From Methanobacteriota archaeon (GTDB taxonomy: Archaea; Thermoplasmatota; Poseidoniia; Poseidoniales; Poseidoniaceae): a stretch of 64,000 nucleotides of DNA. Of the stretch, positions 28,201 to 37,738 are shown piece by piece. The translations under genes were made by a program, and so were the position numbers. The stretch spans positions 242 to 64,241 of the forward strand of contig JABGTJ010000112.1 of assembly GCA_018691345.1 (NCBI GenBank), read 5' to 3'. Within the stretch, counting starts at the first letter, position 1; the number at the start of each line of letters is the position of its first letter. A model generated the notes under the pieces. It was not told the DNA's origin. It saw nothing but the letters and a program-made list of their open reading frames with translations, and did not search any database.

Positions 28201-28574
28201 TCACGGCAGGCCTGGTTGAAGTTATCCATGCCGTAGGCTTGAATCGCTTCATTGGACATCAAATCCATTCGCTTCTGGACTTCGATTTCCACTGGTAATC
28301 CGTGGGTATCCCAGCCTCCTTTTCGTTCAACACGGAAGCCTTCCATTGTCTTCCAGCGGCATACCAGGTCTTTGTAGGCCCGTGCAACCACATGGTGAAT
28401 ACCTGGCTTTCCGTTTGCAGTTGGAGGTCCTTCAAGGAAGATGAATGGGGCACCGCCGCCGTTGGAGTCTATGGATGCACGGAATGCTTGTTCTTGCTTC
28501 CATGTTTCCAATAACGCAGTCTCGAGAGCAACAGCATCGAGTTCACCTGCCGATTGAGGACGTGCCATAGCCAT
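25281..28574 (-). CDS. ileS: Isoleucine--tRNA ligase
   Basis: PPTANGKPGIHHV (HIGH), KMSKSRGN (KMSKS), archaeal/eukaryote-type length. The ORF-track start 28649 is TTG; ATG 28574 (MAMARPQSAGELD) fits the family N-terminus better. Confidence 0.95.
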   Translation of the reverse strand: MAMARPQSAGELDAVALETALLETWKQEQAFRASIDSNGGGAPFIFLEGPPTANGKPGIHHVVARAYKDLVCRWKTMEGFRVERKGGWDTHGLPVEIEVQKRMDLMSNEAIQAYGMDNFNQACRDSVWTYESAWREMTERMAYWVDLDNPYVTLDNNYVESCWWAMKQMFDKGLLYRGHKVLPYCPQTGTSYSSHEVALGYKEVEEPSVYVKFKLLDDDASILAWTTTPWTLPGNVGLAVGPEVTYVRVRITEQAENWIGAGGASDGEEVILAKELMKDVLRHNVEIIEEFTGSSLVGRAYEPLFPNAVPRGESTTAWTVLEADWVTTTDGTGVVHTAVMYGEDDYNLGMAAGLPAYHTVGMDGAFLAGTHPQLDGRYVKECDQTVIELLSAKGGSNGKGPESGLLYREKSYLHDYPHCWRTDHPLLYYAMDSWFVRMTAVKERLLEFNDGVEWAPDWVGEGRFGEWLRNVKDWAISRERYWGTPLPVWRDDEGNMKCIGSISELQSEVAKAVAAGFENPECPDDVDLHRPVVDGYTLVSEHGKPMHREPFVMDCWFDSGCAPFAQWHYPFEGKETFDASFPVDYICEGVDQTRGWFYTLLAVSTAVFDQPAYKRCLSLGLILDAEGKKMSKSRGNIVDPWDHFNREGADATRWYMVTAGAPWNPLKFDSNGVRETYGKMFLTLWNVYKFHADYAALDGFDPEQSTSDIASRSSLDRWILSRLATTANTYHADFKQWNFHKACRDLEEFIVNDVSNWYVRRSRRRLWDDAETSDKVACQHTLHEILTTVCRLVAPVSPFMVDVIHRNLTGETVHQAAWPLGIPGSLEGATADEWDEEAAVATANLPPQDLSLEATMALVRELAEVGRRIRIEAGRRQRLPCAQGWIVSGPDMAEFHDILAEELNVESIEVENDLDRFQQIELAPNFRALAPKARSEINAVAGEIKNADDPTAMLASIQAGTCEILGVAIEESDVEVRRIEREGFAASTVTIGQGDAAQQISLVLDMNDTPDLLSKGLARDITRRIQAMRKDLNLAIEATIDLEIWTENAPEMFERDRQWIVTETRAAAAIFHSHSDEAGTDAEHFEVDGTTVWFTVQ

Positions 28575-28709
28575 GCGAGAAGCGTTTTTGTCTTGAACCT
28601 CACCCCTCTCAGAGGTCGCATCTTGAGTTTCTTTTGACCTCGATTTCAAAGCATGCCGTCGAAAGGCGGTAGGGTATGTTTCAAATCGTTAGACCGCTAC
28701 GGATTGTTG

Positions 28710-31700
28710 ATGTCGGCAGGGTATCGTTCAAAATTGCTCTGTTTTCTCATATTGTTTTTGATGTTAACCGGCCCACTGAGTACGTTCCTTGAATCGACTG
28801 CGACTGAATCGGACGCAGGTGAACTTGGAGACGCCAAACCTTCCTTGGCATCAGGTGGAGATGCTTCATCTCAGTTGTATTTAGACGGTTTAGGTGTTTA
28901 CACAGACGATTTTACACTTGATGTTCCTTCGTCCCAGCCTGTATCGAATGTTCACTTATCCATGTCTCCCGGAATTGAGCCTTCATCGAACGGCTTGACA
29001 TGGAGTGGTCCATCGGCGTGGGGCCACAGTGATGCTGTCAGCGATGGTGCAACGGTTGATGCAGACGGCTTTTTGACCGGTTCCCGTGCAGGTACTGTTT
29101 GGGATTTCAATACCGGTTTGCAGGGATGGACGGTATCCAGTCCTTCATACGTGAGCCGTTACACAATCGCATGCGGTGTCAACGGCACTTCAGGTGGTTC
29201 AATCAAAACGCAAGCACCCGGTGCATCGTCTTCTGAACACGCAACCTCTCCAGCCATTAATTTGGCTGGTGCAAACGCCGTACCTATTCACATCTGGGTT
29301 CGCCAAGGCAGTTCCAGTTGCGGAGAAGAACCTGACAACAATGAAGACCTTCAACTTCGATACAAGACCGTTTCTGGGTCGTGGAATACGCTTCATACAT
29401 GGCTTGGAAGCACCTACAATCAACCGCCACAGCAGTGGACTGGGATGTTACCTGCGGCAGCATTGCATTCAAGCACTCAGATACGCATGTTGCAGACGGG
29501 TGGAACCGGTTCGACGTACGACTATTGGTTCTTCGATGATGTTCGAATCGCTTCTCCACCAGTTTCGAACTGGACCAGCCCGAGCCTGGGTTGGTCTTCC
29601 TCTTCTTCTTTCCAGGTCGCCCAAACGACCTATGCTCCAATGAATATTGACGCTTATCTGCCTACAGGTGCATCCCTCAATTGGAGCGTTCTGGATGCGA
29701 CCGGTTCGGATATTTCTGGATTCAAAGGCTCGAACAGTGATACAATTCCACTCCATCTTCTCGATGAATCGGTTTACGATTCGATACGTATCCGCCTCTC
29801 CCTCTCGGCAGGTTCGAACGGAATCCTCCCGATTGTCTATTCGTTGACCGGTGACGGAACAATGTCGACAAGGTATTCCGATTGGCAAAACCTCGGGAAT
29901 TCGGAGTCGATGTGCGGTACAAACGGCCAATTCACCGCTTATGGCTCGGCAACATTAGTTGACGTACTTGATGACGGGTGGGCTTACATTGCTTCGTCAT
30001 CGGCCGCAACAACCAGTCCATATGGTGCCGGTTTAAGCGTTCAGACCAACCCTTCGCCTTACATTTTGGATGAAGTTGACTTGATTTCTAGCATCACTTC
30101 TGTCGGTTCACTCTACACCAGTTCCAGCAACGGCAGAGCGACCAGCGGAGGTAACGGGACTGGCCTTACCGTAGCCACGGTAGCCACTCCAATCACTTCC
30201 GGAATCATAAGCGGTTCGAACCTTTATCTGGGCGGCACAGGATACACTTCACAAACCATCTCACCAAACGGCGGAAGTGGTTCGGGTCTACAGATTCAAA
30301 CGACAGCTACGCCAATTACTGGTTCTGGCGCTGCATCTCTCTATTCCTCGTTGAACGGTGGTTCAGGATACACTTCATCGAATAACGTCGCATTAAGCGG
30401 TGGCAACGGCACAGGCTTGAAAATCGACTATATCGCCAGTACGATCACCAGTGGGATTCCAACCAGTTATTCACTTCTTAACGGCGGAACGAACTATTCG
30501 ACCACGAGTTTTGCATTCACCAGCGGTGGTTCTGGCTCAGGATTGCGCGTAAGTATTGATTCCGTTTCCGGCGGTTCAGTCACCTCTATCACAATCATTA
30601 GCGGTGGTTCGGGTTACGGTTCTAATGACAAACTCTACATCTCAGGAGGCGACGCAGACGCCTACTTTTACACGACTGGAATCACTCAATCCGGTGGCGG
30701 GATCACATCGATTTCATTCAGCACACCAGGCCTGAATTACAACGTTGGTGATACCTTCAATATTCCAGGAGGGGACAGCAACGCAAATTTCACCGTCCTT
30801 GATACAAACCGCCAAGGTGGCTCAATCACTGGATACACCGTCCTCAATAACGGGTCGGGGTATGCTGTGAACGATCTCATCACTCTCTCAGGTGGAGACT
30901 TTAACGCCCGCCTTGAAGTCGATTCAGTCTACTCAATTGGGGGTAACTTGACCTCTGTATCGCTTATCGGTCGTGGTTCGGGATATTCTGTAGGCGACGA
31001 AATTACTGTGTCCGGAGGAACCGGTGGAATATTTACAGTTTCAGCCGTACGGAATTGGGGTGGCCAACTCCTCGCTCCTCTTGTCCAAAACGGTGGGCAA
31101 TTCTATTCCACCGGAGACGAGGTGACGGTGATTGGTGGAGCACAAAACGCGACCGTTATGGTGGCTGAAATCGATATTGACGGTTATCGCGGTGATTCGA
31201 CTTGCTCAGTGACTATGGATTCTCGCCAGTTGGTTGCACCAGCATCACGAGTAACCGGTAGCGTCACGGGTACCAATGTTGAACTGCAGATGTGGGACGC
31301 TGTTAATGCATCATGGATGATTGTGCCAAACAGAGGTGCTTTCGATTATTCTTCAACGACACCGCTCTACGAACTTCAGTTCCGGTTGGTTCCTTTGAAT
31401 ACAGCACTTGGATATTGGACGGTTGAGTCGTTTGACACCTCTGTTCACTACGGTGAAGTTGCTAGCAATCCACGCATTGACTTCAACGATGATGAAGACT
31501 TTGAATGGGGTGCTGATTTCTCAAGCATCGGCACATGGGGATGGCAAGATGTATTCTCCAACGGTAACAAGAGTATTTTGGAATCTGTAGCCTCGTCGGG
31601 TTATGCAACAACGACTCTTCTCATCCCTCAAGCGGATTTACATTCGTTCTCCTTCGGTGCTTTGACCGATGAATCGTCCATTACGGGCTACACACTTCTC

Positions 31701-34700
31701 TACCAATCACAGATACTCGCATCTGAAACGTTCGATGAGACTTCGCTCTTGCATGTTGAATTGAATCAATCGGTCCGTGACAACATCGAACAATCGGTCG
31801 CTGGCCAAGGTGGTTTGAACCATTTGGGCACTCTGTTCGTAGAGGTTGAACTCGAAGTGGATGCTTCATCATCCGTCGAGTTTGGCGGCCTCTTGGTGAC
31901 GTATGGAGCCCAAGCATCACAAACTTTCACTGCTGATTCGTCCTTTGTTCTCAATCTCAACGATGCTCGCAGGATGCTGCCTCTGGTCGGTGGAATGCAT
32001 GAGATTCCGTTACCATTGACTGCAACTCAAAAGGGAGGGCTTACCGTTGAACTTCTCGGTCTCAATTCCTCATCGACTGTGGTTTTGAACAGCGCAACGA
32101 TTGACCCAGAGGCCGATATTCTCACACCGAGCCAGCGTTGGAGAACCATCAGTATGTCGTATTCGGTCATCGGCGTTGCTCCGAGTTCCATCCGTCTTGA
32201 TGTGCTTGATGAAGACCAGCATGCAACTTGGACTGTTCCTGTCTCGGGAGCTACACCGTTTGGAATCGGCGATTCAGAACTTATTGCCCTGCATCCGACC
32301 GATGCAATATCTTTCAATCAATCTGGCTCAAGCGTTCTTGTCGATTTGAAATTCCGTATCTTGCCGGCATGGGACGATACGGATACAATGAAAATCACTA
32401 CACGATTGCAACTTTCGAATACCGTATACTCCATGCCAAGCACCTTTACCTACGGCAATTTTGGCAACCAAGCCTATGAAAATGATTTGACACTGAATCG
32501 TATGACCTTCACGAACGTTGACGAGAATTCCGTTTTGGATTCTTCAAACTATTATCTCCTCCCGTATACAAAATTGAACATATCAGCCTTTGTCGGTTTT
32601 GAAAACGTCAGTACAATTGATGCTTTCATGGATGGCGAAGGTCTACTTTCGTTGTACAGAGGCGACGTCTTGGTCGCCAATACCACTGCTCTGGACGATA
32701 ACGTTTGGAACTACATGGATACCGTTCCGTTTACCTATGGTCCACTCACATGGCGTTTAGAACTCACTTCAGAGAACGGCTCAGTTCATCCGGATTTCGC
32801 TGTACTCGAGCGAACATTCCACATCGATACCATCACTCCACGGGTACTGGAAGTAAACATGGACCGCTACGACCACCGTATGCCGTCAACCACCCAAACG
32901 GTTCAAATCCAAATTTCAGACCAACCAATCCTTCCAAGCAACGTTCAAGCCATGGTTTGGAGAGAATGGTTTGACGATGCCAATTCAAACCAGTGGCCAG
33001 ATGAAGGTGAATATCAACCCATGTCGCTGTTCACACCGAACGATTTGAGTCCACTTATCGGTCAATACACCTTCATGATGGACGATACCGGTGGTAGCCT
33101 GGGGCAGAAAGTTTCTGTTTACTTAATCGGTGCTGACGATGCAGGACATCCTTTGGAATTCGGAGGTTCGGACATGACTGATGAACATCTCTTCATGTAT
33201 CAACTGGCTGTTGATGGCCCTCCAAGCGTGGCTTCGAATGCCTTCACCTATGTTGACGGAAAGAACCCTTGGCTTCACCCTCAAATGCCTTACACCTTTG
33301 ATGTACAACTCACTGAGCCAAACGGTGGCTCGGACCTTACGACGGTAATCGTGGAACTTGCTTCCAATCAAGGAAGTGACCCATTGCCGATTCGTTGGGA
33401 TTTTGCTACCGGCAATTGCACGACAACCAGTCCCCATGTTTTGATTGATGACTGCCAAATGCTTGGCACCGATGGACCTGCTGACCCTTACGAAACAGAT
33501 TTGACGCTCAATGTAGATTTCAAGCTGGCATGGACAACACCAGATTTAGGTGAAACTCGAAGAGAGCCTGGGATTCATGTGATTGATCGAGCAGGACAGG
33601 AAGTGTTCCGTGCATTCCCTGAACACCGATGGCGATTCTCAGCCGCTCTTGAGGTGCCTGAAGAAAGCGTATCGATTATCCTTTCACAGGGTGCATTGCT
33701 CGACGATGGCGCAAGATTAGCACCGAGTAGCCCATTTGAAATTGCTGGCGGCGTAGTCTTTTCAGAGACTGGAACAGTTCCAGATTTCGATTGCGAAATT
33801 GACCTTCTGTTTTCCGGTTCTTCAACGACTGCAAGTTCACTTGATGGAATTTGGTCTGTAGCTTTACAAGCCCCTTCAACAACCCAAACCATTCCTTTGA
33901 CGTGGAGCGTTGGATGCCTGGAAGGGCAGGGTGTTGATGCCACTGACCAAGTGAATGCTGTGCGGTGGATTATCGTTGATGGTACAGGTCCAGAGCCAGT
34001 AGAAGTTTCTAATCCACGTCCATTCTCGGTTCTCGAGCCAGAATCACACGAAGTTAAGATTTTGATTTCAGAAGCCGGAGGTTTGGATGTCGAATCTCTT
34101 GAACTCGTTTGGTGGGTCGAAGAGAAAGCAACCGGTGACCGACTGCGAAATGGAATTGAACCACTGAATTTGCTTGGCACAGATATCTCAGGGCTAAGGT
34201 TGGAAGTCGTCGGTTCTTTTGACTTGAGTGGAGTCACGGATAACATGCTTGAAAACCGTCTTTCAGCACATATTTACGTCGCAGGTCGCGACCTTGCAGG
34301 AAACGAAGTTCTCGGTCTAGGCGCAACGGAACCCGGTTCTCCGGTTGGGGTTTGGGATATGATTTGGCTTAAGCCTGAATTTGAATTGCAGAGTACTTCC
34401 ACCACCTATTCTCGATACTTGATTGAACTTGGACAAACTTCTATTGTTACAGCCTACGTCGAAAACACAGGTACGCTGGATGGTTCTGTTGAAGTGATTT
34501 TCACTGAAGTTCTTGCAGACGGTACCCGTTCAAATCTACAAAGAATCACCGTTGATGTACCTCAAGGTGGTATTGTTCCTGTAGCAACCGACTGGAACCC
34601 GTCGCAAACTGGCTTGCAATGGGTCGAAGTTCAGATAGAAGGAGAATCCACTTCCATGGGCCCATCGATTGATGTTCGACCTCAGCGCGAAGTATCGTTC

Positions 34701-35090
34701 ACGGAGCAAGTCTTTGGCGATGTTCATCCGCTTTTGGGAAGTTTAGCGGCACTGCTGTTCGTTTCCATCATCGCAACAGGTCTCCTCTGGGCGCGTCGCA
34801 AGACCCTCAACCGGGGTTCCAAGTCTGAATACGACTGGGACGAATACTCCTCTGAACTCGAATACGAAGACGAAGACGAAGATGAAGTCGAAGTTGACGT
34901 GGACACCCTCGCTGAATCAACGGCCGTAACTGCAGCAGCAACCGCCGCAGTGAACCAAGACACACCTTCTTCAAACACCGTGGAAACAGATTGGATAATG
35001 GGCTCTGATGGTTACTGGTGGTACCATGACAAGGAAGCCAACGAATGGTGGTACAAGAACGCTGAAGGCGAGATTGTTCGACACAAGTAA
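28710..35090 (+). CDS. Giant secreted surface protein (2126 aa) with a single C-terminal TM anchor and acidic/Trp-rich cytoplasmic tail
   Basis: Signal peptide MSAGYRSKLLCFLILFLMLTGPLS (ATG 28710; alternative ATG 28653). Long Ser/Thr/Gly-rich ectodomain with an internal repeat array. TM LLGSLAALLFVSIIATGLLWA followed by RRKTLNRGSK and a 98-aa tail. Confidence 0.85.
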   Translation: MSAGYRSKLLCFLILFLMLTGPLSTFLESTATESDAGELGDAKPSLASGGDASSQLYLDGLGVYTDDFTLDVPSSQPVSNVHLSMSPGIEPSSNGLTWSGPSAWGHSDAVSDGATVDADGFLTGSRAGTVWDFNTGLQGWTVSSPSYVSRYTIACGVNGTSGGSIKTQAPGASSSEHATSPAINLAGANAVPIHIWVRQGSSSCGEEPDNNEDLQLRYKTVSGSWNTLHTWLGSTYNQPPQQWTGMLPAAALHSSTQIRMLQTGGTGSTYDYWFFDDVRIASPPVSNWTSPSLGWSSSSSFQVAQTTYAPMNIDAYLPTGASLNWSVLDATGSDISGFKGSNSDTIPLHLLDESVYDSIRIRLSLSAGSNGILPIVYSLTGDGTMSTRYSDWQNLGNSESMCGTNGQFTAYGSATLVDVLDDGWAYIASSSAATTSPYGAGLSVQTNPSPYILDEVDLISSITSVGSLYTSSSNGRATSGGNGTGLTVATVATPITSGIISGSNLYLGGTGYTSQTISPNGGSGSGLQIQTTATPITGSGAASLYSSLNGGSGYTSSNNVALSGGNGTGLKIDYIASTITSGIPTSYSLLNGGTNYSTTSFAFTSGGSGSGLRVSIDSVSGGSVTSITIISGGSGYGSNDKLYISGGDADAYFYTTGITQSGGGITSISFSTPGLNYNVGDTFNIPGGDSNANFTVLDTNRQGGSITGYTVLNNGSGYAVNDLITLSGGDFNARLEVDSVYSIGGNLTSVSLIGRGSGYSVGDEITVSGGTGGIFTVSAVRNWGGQLLAPLVQNGGQFYSTGDEVTVIGGAQNATVMVAEIDIDGYRGDSTCSVTMDSRQLVAPASRVTGSVTGTNVELQMWDAVNASWMIVPNRGAFDYSSTTPLYELQFRLVPLNTALGYWTVESFDTSVHYGEVASNPRIDFNDDEDFEWGADFSSIGTWGWQDVFSNGNKSILESVASSGYATTTLLIPQADLHSFSFGALTDESSITGYTLLYQSQILASETFDETSLLHVELNQSVRDNIEQSVAGQGGLNHLGTLFVEVELEVDASSSVEFGGLLVTYGAQASQTFTADSSFVLNLNDARRMLPLVGGMHEIPLPLTATQKGGLTVELLGLNSSSTVVLNSATIDPEADILTPSQRWRTISMSYSVIGVAPSSIRLDVLDEDQHATWTVPVSGATPFGIGDSELIALHPTDAISFNQSGSSVLVDLKFRILPAWDDTDTMKITTRLQLSNTVYSMPSTFTYGNFGNQAYENDLTLNRMTFTNVDENSVLDSSNYYLLPYTKLNISAFVGFENVSTIDAFMDGEGLLSLYRGDVLVANTTALDDNVWNYMDTVPFTYGPLTWRLELTSENGSVHPDFAVLERTFHIDTITPRVLEVNMDRYDHRMPSTTQTVQIQISDQPILPSNVQAMVWREWFDDANSNQWPDEGEYQPMSLFTPNDLSPLIGQYTFMMDDTGGSLGQKVSVYLIGADDAGHPLEFGGSDMTDEHLFMYQLAVDGPPSVASNAFTYVDGKNPWLHPQMPYTFDVQLTEPNGGSDLTTVIVELASNQGSDPLPIRWDFATGNCTTTSPHVLIDDCQMLGTDGPADPYETDLTLNVDFKLAWTTPDLGETRREPGIHVIDRAGQEVFRAFPEHRWRFSAALEVPEESVSIILSQGALLDDGARLAPSSPFEIAGGVVFSETGTVPDFDCEIDLLFSGSSTTASSLDGIWSVALQAPSTTQTIPLTWSVGCLEGQGVDATDQVNAVRWIIVDGTGPEPVEVSNPRPFSVLEPESHEVKILISEAGGLDVESLELVWWVEEKATGDRLRNGIEPLNLLGTDISGLRLEVVGSFDLSGVTDNMLENRLSAHIYVAGRDLAGNEVLGLGATEPGSPVGVWDMIWLKPEFELQSTSTTYSRYLIELGQTSIVTAYVENTGTLDGSVEVIFTEVLADGTRSNLQRITVDVPQGGIVPVATDWNPSQTGLQWVEVQIEGESTSMGPSIDVRPQREVSFTEQVFGDVHPLLGSLAALLFVSIIATGLLWARRKTLNRGSKSEYDWDEYSSELEYEDEDEDEVEVDVDTLAESTAVTAAATAAVNQDTPSSNTVETDWIMGSDGYWWYHDKEANEWWYKNAEGEIVRHK
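30135..31175 (+). repeat. About 9 tandem degenerate ~41-aa protein repeats within the giant surface protein
   Basis: Units start SGGNGTGLTV, NGGSGSGLQI, SGGNGTGLKI, SGGSGSGLRV, SGGDADAYFY, GGDSNANFTV, SGGDFNARLE, SGGTGGIFTV, IGGAQNATVM. Each continues with GG-x-(I/V/L)T(S/G)-(I/V/Y) and (G/N)GSGY(T/S/A/G). Confidence 0.7.
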
Positions 35091-35106
35091 CGACCGTGGT
35101 GATACG

Positions 35107-36873
35107 ATGAGTCGATGGATTGGTCTTTTGCAAGTTGACCCTACGGTTGGTGATTTGGCAGGGAATGCCATTCGACTTGAACACCTTGCTGCTCTTGCAT
35201 CCAAACACGGTGCCAATGTTGCCGTTACGACCGAACTCGCCATATCCGGATACCCTCCACGGGATTTGTTGCTTCAAGACGAGTTCGTTTCACTGGCACA
35301 AAAAACAGCAAGTTCACTCAGCGTTGACATTCCAGTTCTGGTTGGCACCCCAATTCTTCCGCAAGCGAAGCGTCAACTTCCCGCAAACGGAGTTGTTCGT
35401 GCAGGCTCATCGGGTGCGAATCCGAGCGGTGAAGATAATTCGCATGTTGTAGCGCGCAAGCAGCTTCTACCAACCTATGATGTGTTTGATGAGGCTCGAT
35501 ACTTTCAACCCGATAATCGCTCCGGCATTGCTCGAACAATAGCCGGTCTCAACCTTGGTGTTACGGTTTGTGAAGACGCATGGCAATCCGCTGGGTTGAC
35601 GCCATCGACGTATTCTGCGGACCCCATCGAACATTTGGCTGAATGGGGACGCCAAGGTGTCATTCTGGACGCAACGGTTAACCTGTCTGCTTCTCCATAC
35701 CACGCAGATAAATTGAGCGCTCGTATCCACGTATGCCGGACGGCAGCAACGATTCTCGGTCATCCTTTCTTGTTGGCAAATCAAGTTGGAGGTAACGATG
35801 ATTTGTTGTTCGATGGCAACTCACTTGTTGCTTGGCCTGATGGCCGAGTCGTTGTCGCTCCAGCATGGCAGGAAGGGGTTTTGATGGTTGATATCGACAA
35901 CGCTGAACATTGCCACTGGGTTCCATCTGAATCACCTGATGCACTGAACATTGGCTCTGACGCATTACGCCATCTTACACCAGAAGACAACGGTCACGAA
36001 TACGACAAAGAATTACTTGAAGATGTTACGGATGCAGTGGTGACCGGTCTTTCAGATTATTGCCGGAAGTCCGGAATTAATTCAATCGTACTCGGGCTCT
36101 CAGGTGGAATTGACTCTGCTGTGGCAGCATGCGTTGCTGCTGCCGCAGTTGGCCCGGAGAACGTGACTGGCCTAGCAATGCCAAGCCGCCATTCATCTCA
36201 GCATTCCATTGATGATGCTCGACACACTGCTGAATCACTCGGCCTCGTGTTCGACACCATTGAAATCGATACATTCCATGCTTCGGTTGAAGCCTCGATC
36301 GGAGATATGCTTCGGGATGGACATCCAGTAGCCTCAGAAAACCTCCAGGCTCGTTTGCGAGGATTGGTTGTCATGGCTCACGCCAATGCTCAAGGTCGTA
36401 TGGCCATTGCAACCGGTAATAAATCGGAAATCGCCCAAGGCTATTGCACACTGTATGGTGACATGGCAGGTGGTTATGCGCCTCTTGGTGACTTGTATAA
36501 GATGCAAGTCTACGGCCTTGCGGATGTGTTTAACGCTCGTGCAGAGCAAGCGGGCAAAGCCCCTCCAGTCAATGCATCGACCCGTACTAAACCTCCATCT
36601 GCAGAATTAGCCCCAGATCAAAAAGATGAGGATTCCTTGCCTCCTTACCCGACTCTTGATGCGATTCTACACTGCCATATTGAAGGTGGATTGGATGCGG
36701 AAGCCATCGCTAACAAAGGCTTTGACCGAGCCATGGTTGTGGAAGTACTTTCTCGATTAGAACGCAGTGAACACAAACGATGGCAGATGTCACCCGCTCC
36801 TCGCGTGTCGAACCGTGCGTTCGGCCAAGGATGGCGCCGCCCTCTTGCTTCTCGTCACGATTGGCGATACTGA
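35107..36873 (+). CDS. nadE: Glutamine-dependent NAD+ synthetase (CN-hydrolase domain plus PP-loop synthetase domain)
   Basis: Nitrilase-type triad contexts VTTELAISGYP, KQLLPTYDVFDE and LGVTVCEDAW. PP-loop VLGLSGGIDSAV. Start trimmed to ATG 35107, after the stop of the upstream giant gene. Confidence 0.9.
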   Translation: MSRWIGLLQVDPTVGDLAGNAIRLEHLAALASKHGANVAVTTELAISGYPPRDLLLQDEFVSLAQKTASSLSVDIPVLVGTPILPQAKRQLPANGVVRAGSSGANPSGEDNSHVVARKQLLPTYDVFDEARYFQPDNRSGIARTIAGLNLGVTVCEDAWQSAGLTPSTYSADPIEHLAEWGRQGVILDATVNLSASPYHADKLSARIHVCRTAATILGHPFLLANQVGGNDDLLFDGNSLVAWPDGRVVVAPAWQEGVLMVDIDNAEHCHWVPSESPDALNIGSDALRHLTPEDNGHEYDKELLEDVTDAVVTGLSDYCRKSGINSIVLGLSGGIDSAVAACVAAAAVGPENVTGLAMPSRHSSQHSIDDARHTAESLGLVFDTIEIDTFHASVEASIGDMLRDGHPVASENLQARLRGLVVMAHANAQGRMAIATGNKSEIAQGYCTLYGDMAGGYAPLGDLYKMQVYGLADVFNARAEQAGKAPPVNASTRTKPPSAELAPDQKDEDSLPPYPTLDAILHCHIEGGLDAEAIANKGFDRAMVVEVLSRLERSEHKRWQMSPAPRVSNRAFGQGWRRPLASRHDWRY

Positions 36874-36880
36874 GTTCGGA

Positions 36881-37738
36881 ATGAATCAAAAGGCCGAGGC
36901 AGGTCGTTTCACCATGGCGGAACAGATTTCCAACATTGCGGGATACCGTTTTGTCGACCTGCCCGACCGAGATGACCTCAGGGAGCCTTTCCTTTCACTT
37001 TGTCAAAACGTAGGTTTGCGAGGTACAGTATTACTTTCGCACGAGGGAATCAATTTCTTCCTTGCCGGTCCACAGGACGGTATTGACAAATACCTCGAAT
37101 TCCTTCAGCAAGATTCACGGTTTGCTGATATGGCACTCAAGTACTCGTACACTGAATACCAACCGTTCAACAGGATGAACGTTCGACTCAAAAAAGAAAT
37201 TATTTCGTTGGGCATGGACAACGTCAAACCTGCCGAACGAACAGGCGACGAGATTACCCCCACAGAGTTCAAACAATGGCTTGATGAAGGACGTGAAGTG
37301 GCTATCATCGACACTCGGAACGATTACGAAATTCGTTTAGGAACTTTTCAAAATGCAGTGGATTTGAACATTAAATCGTTCAGAGCGTTTCCTGAAGCGG
37401 TTGAGAAGTTACCAGAGGATATGAAAGACACACCAGTGGTGATGTTCTGTACCGGAGGCATCCGTTGTGAGAAGGCAAGTGTGGTGATGATGGATGCAGG
37501 CTTTTCGAACGTAAAACAACTCAAAGGTGGGATTCTTGGGTACTTCGAAGAGGTTGGTGGTGAGTATTGGGATGGCGATTGTTTCGTTTTTGACCATCGA
37601 GTGGCTCTGAGACCAGACTTGGAACAAAGCGACGTCGTCCAATGTTTTGCTTGTCGACAACCGTTAACGGCTGAAGAGCAAGGTTCTCCCGACTACGTTG
37701 TCGAAGAATCGTGCCCGCACTGCATCCATTTGCGTTGA
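36881..37738 (+). CDS. trhO: Rhodanese-domain protein of the UPF0176/TrhO (tRNA U34 hydroxylase) type
   Basis: N-terminal IAGYRFVDL...GLRGTVLLSHEGINFFLAG, rhodanese active-site loop CTGGIRCEKAS, C-terminal CFACRQP...CPHC. Start trimmed to ATG 36881 (alternative 36914). Confidence 0.8.
   Translation: MNQKAEAGRFTMAEQISNIAGYRFVDLPDRDDLREPFLSLCQNVGLRGTVLLSHEGINFFLAGPQDGIDKYLEFLQQDSRFADMALKYSYTEYQPFNRMNVRLKKEIISLGMDNVKPAERTGDEITPTEFKQWLDEGREVAIIDTRNDYEIRLGTFQNAVDLNIKSFRAFPEAVEKLPEDMKDTPVVMFCTGGIRCEKASVVMMDAGFSNVKQLKGGILGYFEEVGGEYWDGDCFVFDHRVALRPDLEQSDVVQCFACRQPLTAEEQGSPDYVVEESCPHCIHLR

Noticed and set aside
25281-28574. Length of IleRS (and of the 645-aa PolX) checked for inteins
   Set aside because: I see no intein block motifs (no Cys/Ser-initiated insertion ending in His-Asn followed by Cys/Ser/Thr) and no homing-endonuclease LAGLIDADG motifs. 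The lengths fit archaeal-type enzymes.
30135-31175. Gly-rich GSGY repeats reminiscent of phage fibre proteins, considered as a sign of a prophage or mobile island
   Set aside because: There is no integrase, terminase, capsid or portal gene, no transposase, and no flanking direct repeats or tRNA. The gene is flanked by ileS and nadE and has a normal signal peptide and TM anchor, so it is a cellular surface protein.
33575-34246. 223-aa minus-strand ORF inside the 2126-aa surface-protein gene
   Set aside because: It is antisense to a gene with a continuous 6.4-kb frame. The product is Ser/Pro/Thr low complexity, with no start context, SD or TM/signal features. This is a typical shadow ORF.
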